Program-made: the position numbers and the translations under genes
Assembly (NCBI GenBank): GCA_012295275.1
Contig: CM022679.1
Coordinates: forward strand, 3,162,001-3,226,000
Source of the DNA: Chrysomallon squamiferum
Taxonomy: Eukaryota; Animalia; Mollusca
Length of the DNA: 64,000 nt
Direction: 5' to 3'
Shown here: positions 41,301 to 64,000 of the stretch, piece by piece
Numbering within the stretch: the stretch's first letter is position 1
Layout of the letters: each line of letters starts with the position of its first letter
The notes under the pieces: generated by a model
Databases searched by the model: none
Told to the model about the DNA's origin: nothing
The model's input: the letters and a program-made list of their open reading frames with translations, nothing else

Positions 41301-42927
41301 CATGCCAGAAATGTGAACAAATAAACGAACCAATGTTTTGTTAACAATGACATATTTGCTCAGTAGATAAGCAAGTTAGTACCATGTTTTCTATTTTTCT
41401 ATTTACAATAAATTTATTTCTATTTTTTATTTCTAAAGTCTTGTTGTTGTTATTTATTAATTATTATTTTTGTTTTTTTAATTACGTAGTTATTACTGTT
41501 ACTTTTTTAGTTATAATCAAAATTTTATTTTGTAACTGAACTCGGCAAAGACGGTGAGATCGGGAAGCGATCCCGGTGCCTAGGGCAATCGAAAATAATG
41601 TTTTAAGAAACGTTTCAAATCTGTATTTATTATCTGCAGTGACTTGGCACCATTTATACAGTTCACCCGTATAAACTCTACAAGGACAGGAAAATCTGCT
41701 GTCACTAATCGTGTTTTCTTTTAGCAGCAAATATAAATTTTATATTCCTTCCCATGAACAGGAAATCTCATTCCACGGCCTTTGACAAACCATTACAGGA
41801 GGACATGATGTGCGGTCTAAACATGTGTCTTAGACACGCTCCACTGAAGCGTGAAATAACATCTTTTTATTTCCTTTCGCGTTTATCTGCGCTGAGTTAT
41901 TTTTAATAATGATTAATTGACGCCATGTCACAAAGCGCGCGGGGTTACTCTCAAAAGAAATGTTAAATACGTTAGCCAGTGGCACAGAAAAACAACAACA
42001 CGTCACAGTGTGAAGGTAACAAAATCTTGTGTGACCAATAGAACACGAGAACCCAGCAGGCCCCACTCTCTGTACTGAAATAAGTGTGGCTGTAGTGTTG
42101 TCTCATGCTTTTCATGAACGGATTCTAAGTGTGTTAATACCGGAGATCAGTTGACAAATTCTTTAAGAAAAATCGGTGATCATACATTATGTCTCTGTTA
42201 CTTAAAAAAAAAAAAAAAAAACACCAGCAGATTTATTATGTGTCTGTGTATGTTTGTGTTTGTGTGTGTGACATTCCGTAAAAGAGATTCAAAAGATAAA
42301 AGCATTTCACAAGTCTTTAATGTTGTATAACATTACTCAGAACGTGGCACATTCATTACTTTACGACATTTGAGCTATAACCGTCACTGCATGAATGCGG
42401 CGAATTCAGCCCCTGCTGGGTAATGTGGAGACGATCTCAGAACCTCTCAGACCTCCCTCGGTTCCGCTTCATTCTAACATAACGTACATTGGGCACGCTC
42501 AGTCAGTCTCTTTTTTTTCTATCCATGTCCCACATTTCCACTCACTTCTTTAACTTAACTCTAAAACCGTGCGTCTTAAAATAACAAACATCTATGCTTC
42601 ATAATCGTGTCTAATAAAAAGAAGAAGAAGAAGAAGAAAAAAATCTTTCCTCTTTATTTTTTAATTTTTGTTTAGATACGGGGGTTAAGGAGTGTCTGAT
42701 TTGTCTGTCGTAAGAGATGCGTCATAGCAGGTGCAGACGTCCGTCAGTTTATCTGTGTGTGTGGAATTAAATCAGACTGAAATAAAAAAAGGAAAAAAGA
42801 GAAAGAAAGAAAGAAAGAAGATTTATCACGTTGAGATCGGCAGCTGTGGGCATGATTATTAAAAGCCGATATCAGAATAAACGTTTTTGACTTCTTCTTT
42901 TTCTTCTTTGTCGAACTCTCGGACAGG

Positions 42928-42928
42928 G

Positions 42929-42980
<52 letters not shown>

Positions 42981-42999
42981 CTTCTTTCTTCTTCTTATT

Positions 43000-43082
<83 letters not shown>

Positions 43083-43336
43083 CATCATCATCATCATCAT
43101 CATTATTATTATTATTATTTTCTTCATAAAAGTTATGTTTTAATACACCCCAATAGTGAATGATTCCTTATGTACATATTTTTATTTTGTTAATCATATC
43201 GAAATCTACATCTCTCTTTCTGTCTCTCCATTCATCCATCCATCCATCCAGTTATTTATGTATCTATATGTCTGTCTCTCTCTATTTATCCATCTATATC
43301 CATCCATCCGTCTATATGTGTCTAGCTATCTATCTG

Positions 43337-43412
<76 letters not shown>
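42928..43412. repeat. Compound (GTT)n-(ATT)n-(ATC)n and (TCTA)n microsatellites
   Basis: Directly visible. Confidence 0.9.
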
Positions 43413-43413
<1 letters not shown>

Positions 43414-44167
43414 TAAACTATCTATCGGTTTATTCATATTTATCGTGTTCAAGATTTTTCTGTTGATTATATTTCATTTCAAAACATCAGTAGTAATAAT
43501 TATTATTATAACAATACTCCTATTACTACTACAACAACGACTTCTGCTAATATAGTTACTATGTTTATTATAAATAGTTCAAAAAAAAAAAAAAAAAAAA
43601 AAAACATTAAAAAATAAATAAATAAGTTTCCTAGCGAGAATAAATGCGAAGTGTCCGTTAACCATTTCACTGCAACAGACAAACGGACAAAAATACAACA
43701 TATTCCCTACAGAGAGCACAGACTTTAATACAACGAGAAAGCTGTTACATATTCATACTTCATCTGTCATCTACCTTTAAAATGTAGGCAAGTGACAAGC
43801 TGTGTATTTCTTACACTCACAAAGAAAACGTATATATGTTAAAGAAATAATATCTAAGTACACGAATTACATTGTCTGGTGAAGCATTTCCGCAAGGCCA
43901 GGAAACTGCCCTATTGTTCTGACCACTTGAAATGCTCTACGGGTGTCCCCCCCTCCGGACAATGACCGCCCAGGGATGTTGCACCCTGTCTTGAAAAACT
44001 TCCTTTGAAATTCGACTAATAAAAGGTTATAAGGGAAAGTATATATTTTTTTTATGATGATTACTGCTTGTGTTTTCTCACCTTTGTATTGATGTCATCA
44101 TTGATGTTTCCAGTTCCATGGTGATTTTCTATAAAACGATCAACAGTTGTACTCCATATAAAAGAAA

Positions 44168-44200
<33 letters not shown>

Positions 44201-44366
44201 AAATAAACGATCGCTTGAATGGTTCTAAATACTATATGGAGTGTTTCGTGTAGTAAATATTTCTCCGTAAGACCGCGAATTAGTTTGAAAAAAAAGAAGA
44301 AAAGGAATGGAGATGGATGGAAAAAAGTGAGAGAGAGGAAAAAAGACAAAAACAAAGTGAAAGCAA

Positions 44367-44371
<5 letters not shown>

Positions 44372-44444
<73 letters not shown>
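44372..44444. repeat. (GA)n microsatellite
   Basis: Directly visible. Confidence 0.95.
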
Positions 44445-44449
<5 letters not shown>

Positions 44450-44705
44450 ATTTTTTGTATCAAATGGCTGGAAGGTATAGGCCAATCTCTGTTTAGCAAA
44501 GACAAGATAAGAGAACTAACGGGAGATAGAAATATATAACAGCTGTTGACAGTCCTATTTAGTATATGTTTTGAAAGAAATGAAATTGGCTTACAAGAGA
44601 ATCTTTATTTACTATTATACTGATGTTCAAGTTGTTTAAATTGGGGAAAATATGGCCTCTGGTCTCACAGTAGAAGGAATGAAAGTATGAGTAAAATCAT
44701 CATCA

Positions 44706-44752
<47 letters not shown>

Positions 44753-46377
44753 ATAATAATAATAATAATAATAAAAAAGAAAAATAATAAATGTAAAACA
44801 ACAAAAGAAGAATAAAATGAAAGAACAGACTTGAACAATAATGTGTTTGTCCTTTCTTACTGAATAAGGTCCTAAAAAGAAAAAATTAAGAAACAAACAA
44901 AACTTTAATATATTAAAAATAATTTTAAAATCACAGTCAAAAGAAAACGCAAAACATGATTTCTTTTTTTATTATAAAACTTTGAACTTTGACATTAACA
45001 AATCAACAGATAATCGAGTTTGATCTATTTCAAATTAAAAATAACAATACAATCATCATAGAGGTGCATAAAATGAAAAATATAAACAATAGTGATTTTC
45101 ACTGTAAAATGAACATTGTTATCAGAAATACTTGAATAAATAGAACACACTGTTTTGTATTTTTCACTGGAAAAATATGAACCATTACAATGGTTTGGAA
45201 TACTGTGTCTCACACTGAATTTATCAATGTTAAATCTAAGCAGATTTCCAATGCTTGGCAACATTATTTGTATAATAATAATAATCATTATAATAATAAC
45301 AAACCTATTGTAAATCAGAAGCATATTAATCATGATTTGATGTGGACATACTGCATCACATTTTGTAATTCATGTCATCTTTCTTTCTCTCACTCTCTCA
45401 CTCTGTCTCTCACAGAAATCATCATTATAAACAAAATAAAAACACAGCTGTAAATATATATATTTACACACACACACATATACATAATATATTTTGTTTT
45501 ATTAATTATTTCTATTTGCTATTTCTCTGTTCATTAATTACAAGATCATAGTTGTGATAAAAGCACTGTTTAAATAGGACCAGATTATTATTAAATGCAA
45601 ATCTGTCTGCCAGCTTCTGGATTCAGGTGTAAGCTACAACAGCATTCTCATCAATTCCAAATTTTGTGTATTTAATTTTTATGATTTTTTTGATGATCAA
45701 TAAATCTTTTGTTAAGATGACATCATCCAGTAGCAATCAATATTAAAATTACAGTTCTCCATAGCAAAGTTCTTTTTTTCAGAGGTTTTGAAAATAAACC
45801 CCAAAAAGAAAATAATTTGTAACGTCATTGTCTAACTGTAACTGTGACATTCCATTCACTGATGTTAAATGAAATTACAGAACTGGCTGAAAGCTTACAA
45901 CTTGTCATGGAAAATATTTTATGGTTGTAATCATTTGGAGACAGATTGTCAGATATTTAGCTTTCTAAATCTGAATGATTAAATCACAAATTAAAACCCA
46001 TCTCACATACTGAGAATACATTATTAACAAAATTAATTATAATTTCATGTGTTAGTTGTGTTGTTACTCATATTTGTTCAGTTCCAACAACTCTGCACAC
46101 ACTTTGACCAACCTTGCCATCTCTAAATCTACATCAGACTGAATCTTTCACTCAAAAATAATACAGAAACATGTAACTGTGTATATGTGTTTGTGTGTGT
46201 GTGTATGTGTGTCTTTATCTGTTTATATCTGTGTGTGTATGTGTTTATGTGTTGTGTCCGTGTATTTATGTATATATAAACATTCATTCTTGCAGTTAAA
46301 AATCATTAAATGTGTTTGTGTATGTGTGTCTGTGTGTGTGTTTGTGTGGATATGTGTGTATGTGTACGTTATTGCAG

Positions 46378-62753
<16,376 letters not shown>

Positions 62754-62985
62754 ACTTCTGAAAAAAATGAAAAGAAACCTGTAAGTACATTCGAAATCCT
62801 TTCATGTTAGATTTCAGTCGTCATGAGATAGAGATAGCGAGAAAGTCAGAGAGACAGAAAGAAAGACAGAAAGACATACAGACAGACATATTGATAGATA
62901 GATGGATAGATGGATAGATAGATAGGTAAATAAGTAATTAGACAGATAAATAGAGATAGATACAAAGGGAAGAGAGACAGAGATG

Positions 62986-63092
<107 letters not shown>

Positions 63093-64000
63093 ACTGTCTT
63101 AACAACCACAATTTAAAGTTTAAATATTTACTAACACAGATACGCTGTAGGTGATAAAGATTATACAAACGTTAAAGTGATAAGCAGATTATCTAAGAAA
63201 TCGATATTCTAACCTGAAATATATTGTTAACACTAAGATAACGCTTTGAAAACTAAGAAACTGAGATAAAATCAGATTTTTTTTTCTATAAAGAATATAT
63301 TTCGAAATAAACTCAATTAATTTACAGAACATTTTAAATACAATTATTATTATTTTCAGAATAAACGAAAAGAATTAACAAATAGAAACTAATAAATAAA
63401 AATTCAAAACTTTTATTCAACGTTGAATTGTTATGTATCAATTCATGCATGATAATAATTATTGCCAAAGTAAGCGATCTTTTTTATCTTTGGATGTTGT
63501 ACACAGGTTATAATTAGTATATATATATATACTTGTTATTATTATTATTATTATTATTTCTTCAAAATATTAAATACGTGTAAAAATTGTTCTAAAATGA
63601 ATGTTATTATATGATGTCATTTCGTATTCGAAAGTACTAATAAAAACAAAAACTAAATGAAGATATGAATGTAGAAATTAAAATAGTAAATAATGATGAT
63701 GATGATGATGATGACAATGTGAAGATAAAAATGATAATAATAATAATAATGATGATGATGACGATAATAATAACAATGAATATAATGAAAATAATAACAG
63801 TGGTAATACTACTAATAATATGATGATAACGATGATGATGATTTTAATGATGACGATAATCATCATCATCTTTGAATAAGATGTATAAACACACATGTAT
63901 GTAAGTATATAAAATACACATCAACACATACCAACCTTTTTTTCTAGATTAAACCAGCAAAAATAATCAGCAGCAACTTTACATTGTCAGAACGACACAC

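Noticed and set aside
5400-45000. Conserved miRNA genes (miR-183/96/263, miR-9, miR-124, miR-7 and others), tRNA, rRNA
   Set aside because: Visual scan found only short seed-length matches, no full mature sequence with a hairpin; an Infernal or MirGeneDB search is needed to exclude them formally

Overview
AT-rich, microsatellite-dense animal genomic DNA with GT-AG introns. The style suggests a mollusc, possibly a coleoid cephalopod, but that is inference. Reading splice sites by hand gives four protein-coding loci. (1) The last three exons of a C16orf89/UPF0764 (DUF4735) homologue (+, 2147-5320). (2, 3) Two divergently transcribed Atonal-family bHLH genes with intronless CDSs (- 26458-26979; + 35109-35690), separated by about 8 kb and flanked by gene deserts containing CpG-rich, microsatellite-free islands. 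Those islands carry RFX X-boxes, perfect nuclear-receptor DR1 elements, Hairy/E(spl) class B/C sites, Atonal-type E-boxes and NF-Y boxes. (4) A 27-28 exon CDHR2-like cadherin (- 46378-62753): signal peptide, 9 EC repeats, membrane-adjacent domain, TM segment, PGTN/NP/SVNSLDDN tail motifs and a C-terminal PDZ ligand. It includes a 12-nt microexon, an intronic 37-bp hairpin and several 1-nt indels that look more like assembly errors than pseudogenisation. Most ORF-track entries are simple-repeat artefacts. The most interesting theme is a candidate sensory/microvillar locus: a proneural Atonal pair next to an intermicrovillar-link cadherin. Family assignments come from recalled motifs, not database searches.
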